A stretch of DNA of 64,000 bases, taken from Vicugna vicugna (lineage: Eukaryota). The notes below the pieces were generated by a model, which ran no database searches, was not told where the DNA came from, and saw only the letters and a program-made list of their open reading frames with translations. How positions within the stretch are numbered: the stretch's first letter is position 1; each line of letters opens with the position of its first letter. A program made the translations under genes and the position numbers. Positions 37,171-50,007 of the stretch are shown piece by piece. Where the stretch lies: NCBI GenBank assembly GCA_013265495.1, contig MU057887.1, positions 2,017,576-2,081,575 on the forward strand. Reading direction: 5' to 3'.

Positions 37171-39919
37171 TAGTTCCATCGAATATAAAACAGGCAAAAG
37201 AGACTCACGTCTCAGGGCTGCTGATGGATGAGATGAAAGGGCCCAAGCGCAGCTGCTTGCACAGGTAGAGCAGCGGTGGGGCCTCTAAAGGGCGTGGCTG
37301 CTGCCCTACCGCACAGAGCCCGGCGCCCAGAGGCCCACCCGCACCTCTCGTCTGCTCGTGTCTCTCTGTTTCCCAAATTGACAGGGAGTCGGCTTCTACC
37401 TTGCTCTGTTCCTCCAGCCCCTGGTGCTTCTTCGGAGACGAGGGTGCTGCTGGGGGGACCGAGCCTGCTCGGGGGCTGAGGCCCAGAATCCCTCCCTCCT
37501 ACGCGAGAGATGACAGTAGGGAGGCTCTCGTCTTTCCCGTCCAGAGATCCCCGAGAGCTCCTGCTGCCCTGTGCATCATGAGTGTGTGTCGCCGCCAGCC
37601 CTGCAGACTTGGGGGAGGGGGCAGAGGGAGGAGGCAGGGCCGGCCCAGGTGTCAGGATTCGGCCAGACCCACTCTTGCCCCCGAGTCAGGGGCCCCGGTT
37701 CCAGGACACCCCCGGGAGGGCAGATCTGGCCCTGGAAGGAAGGGAAAGAGACTTCTCCAGACTGCCTTGGCAGCTTCTGGGGACTCGCTGGCCAGGCTCT
37801 TGTTGCGGGGAAGAAAAATGCCTCTGCTGCTTATAAAAAGGCCCAGCAGACCCCTGCCGCGAGGGCCCGGCTGTTCAAAGGCAAGAAAGATGCTTCCTGA
37901 GAGGGCCCGGCGAGCAGACAAGTCTAAAAACCCACTACTTCAGAGCTATGTTTCTCAATAAGCATGGATATTGGGCACCAGGCAAAGAAAATAATCAATC
38001 TCAGCCTGCAGGCCGGGCCAGCGGGGGAGCCGGACTGGTGTCTTTCTTTGTTTACTTCGTTTGGGAAGGAGCAGTGAAATGTGAGATTCGGAGACAAGCC
38101 AGCTCTCTCCTCGGCCTCGGAAACCGGTGGCACAAGGCCTTCTTTTCCAGGGGAGTACAAGGTAGGGGTGGCCCCCAGTTCCTTCCCCGGGGCTGGGGGG
38201 ACGGGACGGCGGGTGTGCAGGGTGGGGGCAGCCCTGCCAAGTTCATGCACTGGGTGCCCGGAGCGGTCCCAGGCACGCGGAGGGCTTGGGCCCTGCGGAA
38301 TCCTGAGGTCCCCGGGGCCCCCAGACCCTGCCAGCCCGAAGTGGCCGCAGAGGTGGAGTGCTGGGCTCTGAGACGGCCTGGGGGAGCCGGGGGAGCCCTG
38401 CCCTGGGCCTGGCTCTGCAGCCGTGAGCGGGGGTCCTCGCCACGTGGCTTCCTGGCTGAGCCTCCCTCCTCTGCTTCCACAGGGAGTGGGCACTCTCGCT
38501 GTGCCCTCCCAGGTGCGCACCGGGGGATGGGCTGTCACATGCGCTTTGATGCCGGCCAAGCAGAGGCTGCCCCATGGGCCGGCCCCGCCGCCCCGTCAGG
38601 CTCCCTGCAGACGGTAGAGGCTGCTGAGGGCGGGTGGCGACACCTGTGCCAAAGGAGAGGGAACCCGGGTGCAAAACGGTCAGGGTCCTGCCTGTTCAGA
38701 GTGGGTGCGCTCGGCTCACCCAGGAGCCCTCCGGCTGGGGCTCAGGAGGTCACCCAGGGCTGACTGCCCCGCGGCTCTCCTGGGTACGGACGTTCTGAGA
38801 CCGCCCCTCAGCTACCAGACGGGCCTGCACGGCGTCCGCACTGCCCGCCCCTGCCTGAGCCTCCCTCTGCAGGGCCCGCTCTCCTGCCCCTCCCAGCACC
38901 CCCCCACCTCTGTCCCTGTCTGTCCTTGCTTCTCAGGCTCGCCAGCGCCTACCCTTCTTCCCTCAGCATCTGGCTATTGGCCTCTTCCTTGACGAGACTT
39001 CCCCCAAACCCCTCCCCCTGCACCTTCACACTCTAGTCAGAATTAGCCCGCCCGCCTCTGTGCTCCCAGACTTCTTTGTGCCTTTTCTGCTGCCCTCATC
39101 TCCTGGCCCTCCAAGCAGGGACCCCGTCTTGCCCCAGCAGCCCCTCATTAAAAATAAATATTTGGTGACTTTTTAACAAAACTACATGAGTCTCTCTGGG
39201 AGCACTTTGTGCATTATGAGAGGGGTGAAAAAGCTGAGGGTCAGAGCAGCCCTGACACCTGCCCAGGGTTCCCTGCCTGCTCCTCTTCCTCTTGCGCCTG
39301 TGGAGGGTAGAGGTGAGGAAGCACCAGCATTCAGGACCCTGACCCATGTGGCCCAACAGCCCCCCACTCCTTGACCCCGGGTGCCCTCTAGTTCCGGAAG
39401 AAGGACCCAGCCCCAGGAGAGGTGAGGAGCCCACGACCCGTCTTGGCAACAGTAGGTGTTCTGCAAACGTGCGTCCCTGCCAGCCGGGCTGCTGGACCGT
39501 GGGTGGGGAGATTGGGGGGCGGGGGGCGCAGCCAAGCTCCGGGCAGGGAGACGTGGGGTCCCGGGTGCCCGGTCGGCCACCCTCCTGACATGCCAGTCTC
39601 CTCGCCTCTGTGCTGGCTCTGCAGGTGGAAAGGAGGATACGGGAAGACAATTTGAATTTATAAGTCCATTTCCAGTGGGGTTATGGATGTGCAAAGAAAA
39701 GAATACATAAGTGTGTGGCCAGGTGTACACGCGACCAGCTCCTCGATTATTTATTTATCCCCGAGAAGCGCTTACCGGGGGATGGCAAACATTTGTTCCG
39801 TAGATGGAGCCCAGAGGACTGACCCTGCCGAGAGAAACCGGATTATTAGCGCTCCGACAATCGGGTTTGCACAGACTTTTACCTCCAGTTATTAAGAGAA
39901 GCAGGGAGTTTATATTCAT

Positions 39920-40640
39920 GCGGCACCAGGAGCGGGTCGGTGGCGGCTGGGGAAGGGGCTGGCGGGGCGGGGCCTCCCACCGCGAGGGGGCTTCCCCGGG
40001 CCCCTCCGCGCGTCAGCGCCCCCCCCGCCTCCGGGGCGGCGTGGTGCCATCCCCGAGTCCCCGGGGGCAGGCTACCTGTTGGGAGGAGGCACCAGCACTT
40101 CCAGTGAGAGGTAAGCCCCCCCAGCAGGGAGCTGTCCCCTCTGCAGGGTGGCAGGCGCGGTGGCAGCGACGGGGAGCGATGACACTCAGCGTCAGTCCCC
40201 CAGCAGCCCCGCGCCGGGTGTGCGGGGAGGGCCGCTCACGACGCCCTTTCCCGGGGGGCGCGCGTGTCCTATCCGGCGTCACTCGGCTCCTGGTCGCTGC
40301 CTCGGAGCTCCTCCCCCTCCTGCTGCTTCAGGGCTCAGAGACCACCTCTCCGGGCAGCTCCCGGGGCCCCCACTGAGCTGAGGGCTCCTGGTCCTGCCAC
40401 GGCCACCGAGCCACCGTGCTGCTCCCCTTCTCCTGCCTGTCGCCCGCCCCCCGTGGCGGGGGCCCCTGCTGTCTTGCCTGTGCCTCTCTGCATCGCTGCT
40501 CTGCGGGGACTGTCCTCCGTGCCCGGGGCCGGCTCTGCCCACAGGGCCGGCGGAGGCCCCGGGCCTGGCGAAGCCGCTGGAGGGATGGAGGCGGCGTGCC
40601 AGGGCCCCCAGCTCCGTGGGCGGGACGCCTCTGAGGCCTG
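39920..40640. promoter_or_regulatory. CpG-dense GC-rich island (possible orphan CpG island)
   Basis: Visibly very high GC with dense CG dinucleotides and GGGGCGGGG at ~39964; no TSS evidence; CpG observed/expected not computed. Confidence 0.35.
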
Positions 40641-41439
40641 CTCTGCGTCGTCTCCAGGAGGAATGGCTGCTGGGTTGAGATTCTCACCAACACCCACATG
40701 CTCAGGCCGGGAGTTCAGGGTTTTTGAAGGAATATTTCTACAAACACATCTTGGGCTGTCACACTTATTCCTGAACTTAAAAGCCACAGCACAGGAGTAG
40801 GGGCATTAAAAAAAGAAACCTTTCTGTGCTGTGAGCCCCAGGAACTTGTTCTGAGATTTCACCATTCCTGAGTCACTTCATTAGGCCCTTGGTGTTAGTG
40901 ATCAGCCAGTGCTCTGAGGAGGGGAGGCGGCCCCTCCAGGAGAGGGGGTGTCCTGGCCCTGGTCCTCTTCCCCAGGGATCTCCCCCACCCCCAGCGCCCC
41001 GCCTTTCCTCCAAGGCCGCCCTGCCCTCCGCCCGTGCGCGTCTCAGCTCTCTGCACCTTGTAAAATGTGTCATTTGTTTTTAAATGTTGTTTATAGTATT
41101 TTTGCAAAAAATTATTATTTTTTTAATCTTTATGGAGTGAAACAGTAAGTAAATTTTCTCTGTCTTGCCCATTAGGATGTTTTCCTTTGATGCCATGTGT
41201 GGGAAGGGCTCCTGTCCTGAGTCAGGAAAACATTTGTCACGTTTCCTCCTGGTCTGTCACTAGTGTTTGTCCCCCACCCCATACACCACTCAAGTATTTA
41301 ACTGGCAAATGGCGGGAGGTCAGAGTCCAGCCCGGAGCTGGATGGTCGTGCAGTCTGTTTACGGTCCCATCTGATTTGAAATGTCACTGGCTCCGCGGCC
41401 CCAGCCCTTCCCCCTTCCCCCTTCCGCTCTTGCCCTGTG

Positions 41440-43665
41440 AGGACAGTAAGCTGATGAGCTCTCAAACCCAAACGCGCTCTGAACAGCCGTGGTCTTAACT
41501 GGCGCCTCCGCCCGTGTCTGATACTTCGGGTGTCGCGTTTGGCATCGTTTTGCCTTGTGTGTCCCTTAACACACAAGCCGCTCCCCGTGGCCATCGGCGA
41601 TTTCCACCGCTTTTGTGCCCTCGCCTCCCTCCTGGCCTTGTAAGCCCTGATGCCCCACTTACCATGCATTTGCCTCCACCAGCGAGATGATTCTTTCCAT
41701 GATTTTCAGATTTCCAGCCGCGCTCTTTTCTCTCCTGCTTAGACACGTGCCTCTAGCATCTCCTGTAAAGCGCGTTCAGCAGCGACGCACGCTCTCCGCT
41801 TTCACTGGCCTCGCGGTCTCTCTCTCTCTCCTTCAAATCTGAGGGGCAGAGGGTTCTTGGTTGTGGGTTTTCCTTTGATGACTCTGAATGCATACACCGC
41901 GCCCCCTCCCCCTGGCCTGCAGTCTGGGCTGGAAGGGCAGGCGCCCGCCTGACAGGGGCTCCCTCGCGTGTCACTGGCGGCTTTTTTCTTACTGCCTTAC
42001 TTTTCCCTCTTTGTCTTCGGTTTTTGCCGTGTTAATCGTGGCGTGCCTCGGTGTGGCCCTCTTTGGGTTGATCTTGTGTGGGACTCGCTGTGGTTCCCGG
42101 ACCTGCATGTCAGTTTCTTTTCTCTGATGCGGGAAGTTTTCAGCTATTTTTTTCTAGAAATAAGTTGTCTGTCCCCTCTCCTTTCTCGTCTCCTGCTGGG
42201 ACCCCTGCAACGCGAATGTCAGTGCTCTTAACGTTGTCCCAGAGGTCTCTCAAACTACACTCATTTTTTTGAAAATTCTTTTTTTCTGCTCAGCTTGGGT
42301 GATCTCCACTGCTCTGTCTTCTAGTGTTCAGACCTGTTCCTCTGTATCAGCTAACCGACCGCCGACGTCTCCGAGTGTGCTTGTGTTTCAGTTATTGCAT
42401 CTTCAGCTCTGTTTGGTTCTTCTTTGTATTTTCTCTTTGTAACCGTCTCGCTCTTCACCCAGGCTGAGTCTGCGAGCATCTTCGTGAGAGCACTGGGGCT
42501 CTTTACCCGGCGGATCACTTGCCTCCACTTCTCAGCGCTTCTGGGGCTTTGTCTTGTTCTTTCAATTGGGACGTACCCCTCTGTCTCCTCACTCTGCCCA
42601 CTTCTCTGCATTTATTTCCATGTGTTCGGTAGCTTGGTTGCATTTCCAGGTCTTGGAGAAGTGGCCCTGCTGTGGGAGACGCCCTGCTGGGTGGAGCAGC
42701 ACCCTCCCCTCTGGCCTTCGGAGTGCTGTGCTCTCGGGGTGCCCCCACGTGGGTTCCGTGGGCCTTGCTGGCTGGGGTGGGGCTGGCTGCTGTGGGTGTG
42801 CTGTCGCCGGGGCTGGCCCCCGGCCTGGCTGGCTGCCAGGCCCTGCCTTGTGCAGTGGCTGCTGCGCTGCCGGGCTGCCGGTGGGTGGGCCGGATCCTGG
42901 CGTGGCTGGCTGCCCGGCCTGGGGGCTCCTGGGGCTGACGCCGGGCCACTGGTGGGAGGGGTCGTGTCTTCGTGGGGCTGGCTGCACGGCCTGGGAGTGT
43001 CCTGGCTGTGGGGGTGGTAAGCCCCTGGTGCTACTAGGTTAGACTGAGGACTCCAGAATGGCGCTTTTCGGCAGCAGTGTCCTTGTGGCAGAGTGGGTCT
43101 TTGTTAGCATCCATGTCCCCAGAGAGAGCCCCAGGGGCCTCCAGCCTCTCCAGGAGGCTCTCCAAGACCAGCAAGCGGGCTGGCCCAGGCTCCTTTCCAG
43201 TGACCGCTTCTGCACCGGGACTCAGAATATGGGAGATTTCGTAAGCACCCTTTAGGAGCCGAGTCCGTGTTTCCTACTGCTCTCGGGCTCTCCTGAACGC
43301 AGGACCTGCTGGCCTTCAAAGTCAGACGTTCTGGGGGCTCATCTCAGTGCAGGACACGGGCTGGGGAGGCTGCTGCGCGGCTCCGACCCCTCACTCCCTG
43401 GGGAAACTCTGCAGTTGTACCCTCCTGTTGGTGGGCCGCCTACCCGGGGGTGTGGCCTTGGCTGCACAGCATCTCTGCGCCTCCTGCCCGTCTCATTGTG
43501 GCTCCTTCTTCACATCTTTAGTTGTGGAAAGTCTTTCCTGTCGGCTTCCTGTCATTTTCAGAGAGAGCTGCTCTGTAAATAGCTGTAATTCCGGTGTAAT
43601 TGTGGGAGGTTGGGGGAGCCCAGGGGCTTCTTGCTCTGCCGTCTTGGCCACACCTCCTCTTTTTG
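41440..43665 (-). mobile_element. L1 ORF1 + 5'UTR portion (L1MA/L1M2-3-like), GC-enriched
   Basis: ctagcatctcctgtaaagc...ggttcttggttgtgggttttcc...ctcggtgtggccctctttgggttgatcttg...gggaagttttcagctatt...ttgtcccagaggtctctcaaact; 5'UTR-like GC tract to ~43660. Confidence 0.8.
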
Positions 43666-44734
43666 GTGAGCTTTTAATTTGGGCCTGTTTTTTCCATGAC
43701 CAACCATCACCCTTACCCGTGCCTCCTTGCGAGCAGGTGTGGAGCTCCTGCTGTGTATTCATCTAGAGGAACAGTTTCTGTTCCACGAGGGACAGACTTC
43801 CTCGCCTGCGCTCCCGGTAACCTGGTCTGCAGAGCGGCTGCTCCAGCCAGCGCCCCGCCAGAGACGCCCTCTCTCTCTCTCAGCCCCGCGGTGGGCGGTT
43901 TGTCGGGACTCTCAGGCTTTCCGAAGAAGCAGCTTTAGTTTTGTTGACTGTTTCTATTTTAACTTTGCTTCCTGTTTACAAATTTGAGTTCATTACCTTA
44001 CTTCCTCTCTCCTACCTTCTTGAGTTCATTTTATTTTTTTCAGCTTCTAAAGCAGAACACTTAGTTCATTTATTTTCAATAACTCTCACTTCTGCAGCAT
44101 GTGAAGCTCTGCCTTCTCCTCTAATCACCCTTCAGCGCCTCACTGTTCTTGCAGAGCTAGGCTGCTGATAACGCCCAGTGCACTTGCCCACTCTGCTTTC
44201 CGTTTATCCACCCGCGCGCTGTGTCTCCATTATCTCCTTTCCTCTTTCTTCCGCGGCTCACCCATTCTTTTTCGGCCCCGAGGGTGGAACATTAACTGGT
44301 GAACTTCCAGCCTCCCTTACCTGCCCCAGCGCTGTCTGCGGCCCCCACGCAGGGCCCCACGCCCATTTCCATGGCCAGGGGCCTCCCACTCCAGCCGCCT
44401 CCCCCGACTCTCCACATCCAGACACCCAGCTCTTTAGGGGTCCGCTCGCCACCCTTTCACATCTCCTTCTCAAGCCTTCACAGGATCTGGAGTTACTGCA
44501 TCTGGAGTTTGTTAACTTGTAGCGTGGTCCTCCCACCGGGCGAAGGTTCTGGGGGCACCGGCCCTGGCTGTGCGGTGCACCTCTGGGTCCCCGGCGCTCG
44601 GAACACTCCCTGGTGCTTCGTGGACCCTCGGAGATGTTGGGGGGGACCGACCGGATGGGGTCTTGCATCCTTAGGCCAGACCCCTGTCTCACAGATAGTA
44701 ATAATGCCTCATTTTTTTAAAAAAATTAATGTTA

Positions 44735-45215
44735 TAATTTTCTTTTTATTCGGGTCAAATACACATAACATAAAAAGTACCATTTTAGCCATTTGTCAGT
44801 GTATGATTCAGTGGCATTAATGACATTCACACTGTTGTGCAATGATCACCACCCTCCGTCTCCACTTTCTCACGTGTCCAGACAGAAACTGTGTTCCCAC
44901 TGAAGGGGGGAGTGTCCCCTGCTGCTCCCCCAGCCCCGGTGGCCACCTCCTCCTTTCTGTCTCTGTGGACTTGCCTACACAAGGGACAGCACACAGTAGA
45001 ATTGTGTGGCACCTGTCCTTTGGTGACTGAATTCTATCACCTAATACAAGGCAGGTGCCTCTTTAAGGGTTTTAAGGTCCATCCAGGTATCAGCGTTTCC
45101 TCCCTGTTTGCGGCCAGACAAGACTCCGCCGCGTGGATGCGCCGCACTTAGTGTGTCCGCTCCTTGTCCGCAGGCGCTGGGCTGCTTTCTCCTCGTGGCA
45201 GCTGTGAGTACTTTG
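44735..45215 (-). mobile_element. L1MB-like 3' end
   Basis: cacataacataaaaagtaccattttagccatttgtcagtgtatgattcagtggcattaatgacattcacactgttgtgcaatgatcaccacc...tttctgtctctgtggacttgcct. Confidence 0.85.
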
Positions 45216-46774
45216 CACAGAACGTCACTGCGACGGCGCAGCCCTGGGTTTCAGGAAGGGCCGCCTGAGCTGTCCTTGCTTCCACTACACAGCTGAGGAG
45301 TTAGACTCCCGGGGGTCAAGGTGAAGGGGCGAGAGTGGCAGCAAATACAGCCGGACCCCCCCACCAGGATGTGTGCTCGTGGACTCAGCGACCTGGTCTG
45401 CCTTACCCATCCCGGCCTCCCTGGCTCTAGACCGGTCCCCTGAGGCTCCACAGAGAGTCATGGACAGGCTGGGCCATTGACCCCCAAGCCCCTCTGACCT
45501 CTTGCTCCAGAACTTTCTACCGAATCATCTCCCCTGTGCGTCTTTCTTGCAGGGGTTCCTTAACTGCTGCCCACGCAGGACTTTGCAATGAAGACAGCTG
45601 AGCCTCGCAAACCCTCTCTCCGTGTTCCGAGGTCCCCAGCCGAGGTCCGCCGCCACGGGATGAAGGCAGAGCCCACCTTCGACCCCTGGGGGTTGTGAGT
45701 GCAGGCAGCTCTGGAGGCCACACCTGGCAGTGCTGAGGCCATGGCTGCGCAGAGTCACAGACCCCACTTGCAGACGGGGGCTGAATGCTGCTCCCTGGGA
45801 GTAACTGCGCATTTAACTCATCTCAGGAAGGGTGACAGATTCCCATCAAGCTTCCAGCAGACGTGGACCCTGCCGCCCTGGAGAAGCAAAACGGGAAAGC
45901 TGGTTTGTACGGTCACTGAAAACAAGCGGCATGTTTATTCAGTGCCACGATGGGCAGAAACGGGGTCACGCCAGGCGACCGCGAGCCCCCCGGCGGCCTT
46001 GGGCGGGAGCAGTGGTTCTTGCTGTGTGAACTCCCTTTCCTCCCCATCAGTCTAACCAAGGTAATTCCGGCCAGACGACGGCCCCACAGGAGACGCCGGC
46101 CCCTCAGAGCTTTCTCACTGGATTGATCTTGTTTGTGTGGGCTGAGCGTGGAGGGGCATTTTTCATTCCACAGAAGGCGTCCACCTTCCTGAAGGCCAGA
46201 AAGCTGGGACAGCTGAAACCAGGGAAAAGCTGAAGGCGACTGCAGTGTGTTCCCCACGTCCACATCCTTATAACCCCAGAGCCCCCGCCCCGAGTGCCGG
46301 CCCTTGTCGGCGTGGACCGCTGCTGTGCCTGTGAGATGAAGTCTGCACGTGGCTCCTGTGACACAGCGATGCCGGCCGACTTCCCGTCCCTGAGCGTGTC
46401 CCTTCCTGGCTGGCTGCTTCCCCAGCAGGCTCCTGAGTGCTGGGGATGCCCAGCCACGTGTCCTTTGCCTGCTCCTCCTCTGTGTCCTCACCTCGTCCTC
46501 CCACTGGCTCCTGACGCTTCTCCTCTACCACATTCCCCGTGGCCCTGTGTGCCCTCACCCAGTGACCTTTCTCCTGCTCCTCAAACAAACCCGACCATTC
46601 CTAGCCTAGGGCCAATGCCTCCTCCGTTCCTTTGGCCAGTGAAGTTCTTCCCACAGAGATTCTTAAAGCTGGCTCTTTCCCAACATCCAGAACTCACTTA
46701 GAGCATCACGTCATCCTGACCATCCTTCCACGCCAGCCTCATGCCCTGCTCCCCTGTCTCCCCAGACTCCACTC

Positions 46775-47115
46775 TTCACTGTCCAATGTGGCAGCCACGA
46801 GCCACGTGTGTCTGTGGCGCACATGGAACGTGGCTGGTCGGCGTTGAGGTGTGCTGAGTACCCACACACTCTGGATTTCAAACACTTCTTTTGAAAAAAA
46901 AAAGAATGTCAAATAAATGGCTCAATAATTTTTTTTTCATATTGCTTCCTCATTGAAATGACAATATTTTGGATCAGTTTGGTTTAGTGAACTTTGCTAC
47001 TGAAATTAATTTCACCCGTTTCTTTTGACTTTGTGAAATGTGGCTGCTATGAAACGCAACAGCGCACACGACTCTCGCGCGAGGTGAGCTGTTAGGCCTG
47101 CGCCGGGCAGCGCTG
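46775..47115. mobile_element. MER33 (hAT-Charlie non-autonomous DNA transposon)
   Basis: ctgtccaatgtggcagccacgagccacgtg...ggatttcaaa...aaagaatgtcaaat...ttgaaatgacaatattttggat...aattaatttcacccgtttctttt...cagcgctg. Confidence 0.85.
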
Positions 47116-49618
47116 CCCCAGAGGCCGCCACCGGGGCCTGCAGCCCCGCCCGGGAGGGAGGCCTGGCCGCATCCGTAAGCTCCCGGCCTCGGTGTCCCCT
47201 CTGCTCAGCGGGGAGCAGGTGGCAGGCGCGTGCCGCTGGGCGTGGCCGGGGGACTCGCTCGCCGGGAGTTTCCGGTGTTCCTCTCATCTGTGTTCTCATT
47301 CCCTTGTGTTATCCTCCATCCCACCCGCCGGTCTCCAGAGCCGCCTCCTGCATCGCCCGTACACCCACCTGTCTCTCCTCCACCGTGTGCCAGCGCTGGC
47401 AGCTGCTGTGCTCGCCGTGTGTCCTCGGTGCCGTCTCGTCCCACACGCAGTAGGGGCACATGGAGCTTGCGCTGAGTGAATGAGGGGACTGAGGCTCCTC
47501 CCTCGCCGCTTCCATCCTCACTAGCACTTCCACCCGCGCCGCTGCAACAGGGCCACAGGCGGGAGTGTCAGGGCACGTCCGCTGCGTGAACGAAGGCACG
47601 CGCGCCCAGGGGTGGGGGAGGGGAGGGTGAACGATGCTGTGCGTGGCTGATGGTCCCAGGGACCAACAGGAGGCCCTGGTCCTCCAGCTGGCCCCCTCGG
47701 CGGGTCTGGTCCCCAGGACGGGGTGGGTGAGGGGAGTTGGGTGCAGGGGATGGGTGTGTCACAGTCCAGGAGGGCCCGCTCAGGGCCGACCTTCCCCACC
47801 AGCTTCAGTTGCTCTGAGTCTCTGCCTCTCCGCCGATGCACCCTCTCAGAGAGGCGTCTGTGGGCTGAATAAACGAATGGGTAGATCAGTCAGAGCGCCG
47901 GTTCCCATGAGACCACACACAGATATGTGTAGATAACCCCATTTTGAAAAGGCAGATGACAACAAAATAGTGTTTAGCAATTACACTCTGAAGATGCTTT
48001 TTAATTAATCTGCGAGAACGTCTCTTTCCCACTGACTGCTGGGCTGCACGGCCTTACCGCTCCCCGAAGGATGGCTGTTCTCACAGCTGCATCTGCTGTT
48101 TCATCCGCAGGCTTCCCTCAGGGCCCGCTCAGGGCAGGACTCTCGGCCCGGTCCTGCTCGCTGGTCGGGGAGGGCTGGATGGGAGCGGGGCGGGACCGAG
48201 AGGCACAGGCGGGGTGCAGCGGGGAGGGCGGGCAGCTCTGGGGGTGGCCAGCTCCTGCTGCTGAGGCTGCTGGGGGAGCTGCGGCCCGTCCCCACCAGGG
48301 ACGCTGGCCTGTGCCTGCTCCCTCCCTCGGGTCATCGGGGTGCTGGGCTCGCAGCACCCCCTCCCCTGTGCAGCGTCCTCCTGGTGGCCGCGTCTTCCTG
48401 CTTAGTGAGCACTGACGAGCGAGCTCCCCGTCCCGGGGCTGAGACGGGGCCCTGCTCGCGTTGGCTCAGCGTCCTCGGGCGGCTGGCGTCCCTGTTACAG
48501 CTGCGATCATCGCCCTCTCTGCTGGCACAGAAGCACTCAGGACCAAGGATGCAGGAGGAGTGGCGAGACTCATGGGGGCCCGTTGGGTGGGGGTCAGGGG
48601 CCGTCAGGTGTGCCACCCTCTTGGGTTGGTCCCCAGCAGCACCCGGAGCCTGGAGTGGGAGCAGAGATGCGACCGGAAGAGGCCCTGGGCATCCCAGGGG
48701 ACCTCGGAGCGGCCAGGGCGTGGGCACGGGGCTGGGTGGTGAGCCTGCTGTCTGAGCCTGGCCGCTGGCTGGGCGGCCCTCCACCCGCTCTGCACCCTGA
48801 TCCAGGGCAGAGGCTCTTGGTGTCTTCAGTCTCTCCTGCCCCTCTCTTTCCCCCGCCGCTGCGTGAACATGCCGGAAACTCTTCCACCAACAAAGCAAAA
48901 CAAGCCAGGTCACCACAGCCAACAACAAGGAGCCTCCTCCGACCGGTCCCTGCCCTGGGATGGACACCGGGACCTCCCTCTCCTCCCGGGGACCCACTCC
49001 AGGCTGTCATCAGTCCTGGCTCTGAGTCCAGGGCCAGGGAAGGACGAGGCAGAGTGCATCCGAAGTGCCAGCACCAGGTGGAGCCTGGCACGCCACCCGC
49101 CACCCCGTCACCAGGCACTGGCCGGGCACCTCGTCCAGGATGTGTGCGGTGGGGCAGGGGGAACAGAGAGTCCCTGGTCCCCCTTCCCAGAGCGTGAGTC
49201 CTGGAGGGAGGAGACTGACAGCCACGAACACACCGCACATTTGCAAAACATCAAGTGCGTCGGAGGAGGGGGCAGGGAGGAGGGGGTGTGGGGGACGCTG
49301 AGGGTGGGAGAGGCCAGGCGGCCTGGTGTGGGGGTGCTGGGGTGCAGATGTGGTGAGGAGAGGCTGTCTGGGAGATGCCCTGAGCACAGACCCCAAGCTA
49401 GGTGGATCTGCTCAAAGCACAGAACTTCCCCCTGACCCCCCACCCCACCGGATCACAGAAGCAGCTCGCTCTTCATTTCATGGGGGAGTGAACCGACCTG
49501 GGGGAGCAGGTGTCTGAGGACAAGACAGCAGAGAACGTCAAGAGGAGGCGGGCAGCCGGCTGAGCGCTGCAGGCAGGAAACTAAACTGCGGGGACGGGAT
49601 GACGTGCGCCGTGCCCGC

Positions 49619-50007
49619 TGACGGGGACACGCTCCTGGACCAACAGAGAGCTGCGCGCCTCCGGCCCTTCTCAGCTGGGCCCGGGCCTTGGCTGGCGGAG
49701 CCCAGTTTGAGTGCAGAATCCTGCTGGTTCCTTTGCTGAGTGTCCCCCACCTGGATAACTGATCATCTTGGCCCGCCTTCCGCAAGAGTCCCGGGGGGCC
49801 ACTTTAGCAAGACGCCCCCTTCCCTTGTGCCTCAGTGGGTCCCTCTTCGCGACTGTCCACCCACTGACCGCCTCCCCCTGCGCTTTGGTTTTAAACCCTC
49901 TGTAATGGGAACTGAGTTCAACCTCTTGGCCCCATGGCAGGGATCTTGAATAAAGCCTGTCTTGCTGGTTTTAACAAGTGTCTGGTGAATAACTTTTCTA
50001 TTATAAT
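49619..50007 (+). mobile_element. ERV1 solo LTR (MER31-like)
   Basis: Starts tgacggggacacgctcctggaccaa; gaactgagttcaacctc; ttgAATAAAgcc (49949-49954)...tttaacaagtgtctggtgaataacttttct. Confidence 0.75.

Noticed and set aside
37948..38763. 271-aa ORF downstream of a TATA-like TATAAAAAG (~37832)
   Set aside because: Gly/Ala/Pro/Arg-rich with no domain; overlapping open frames on both strands indicate compositional origin; an isolated TATA-like hit is not evidence
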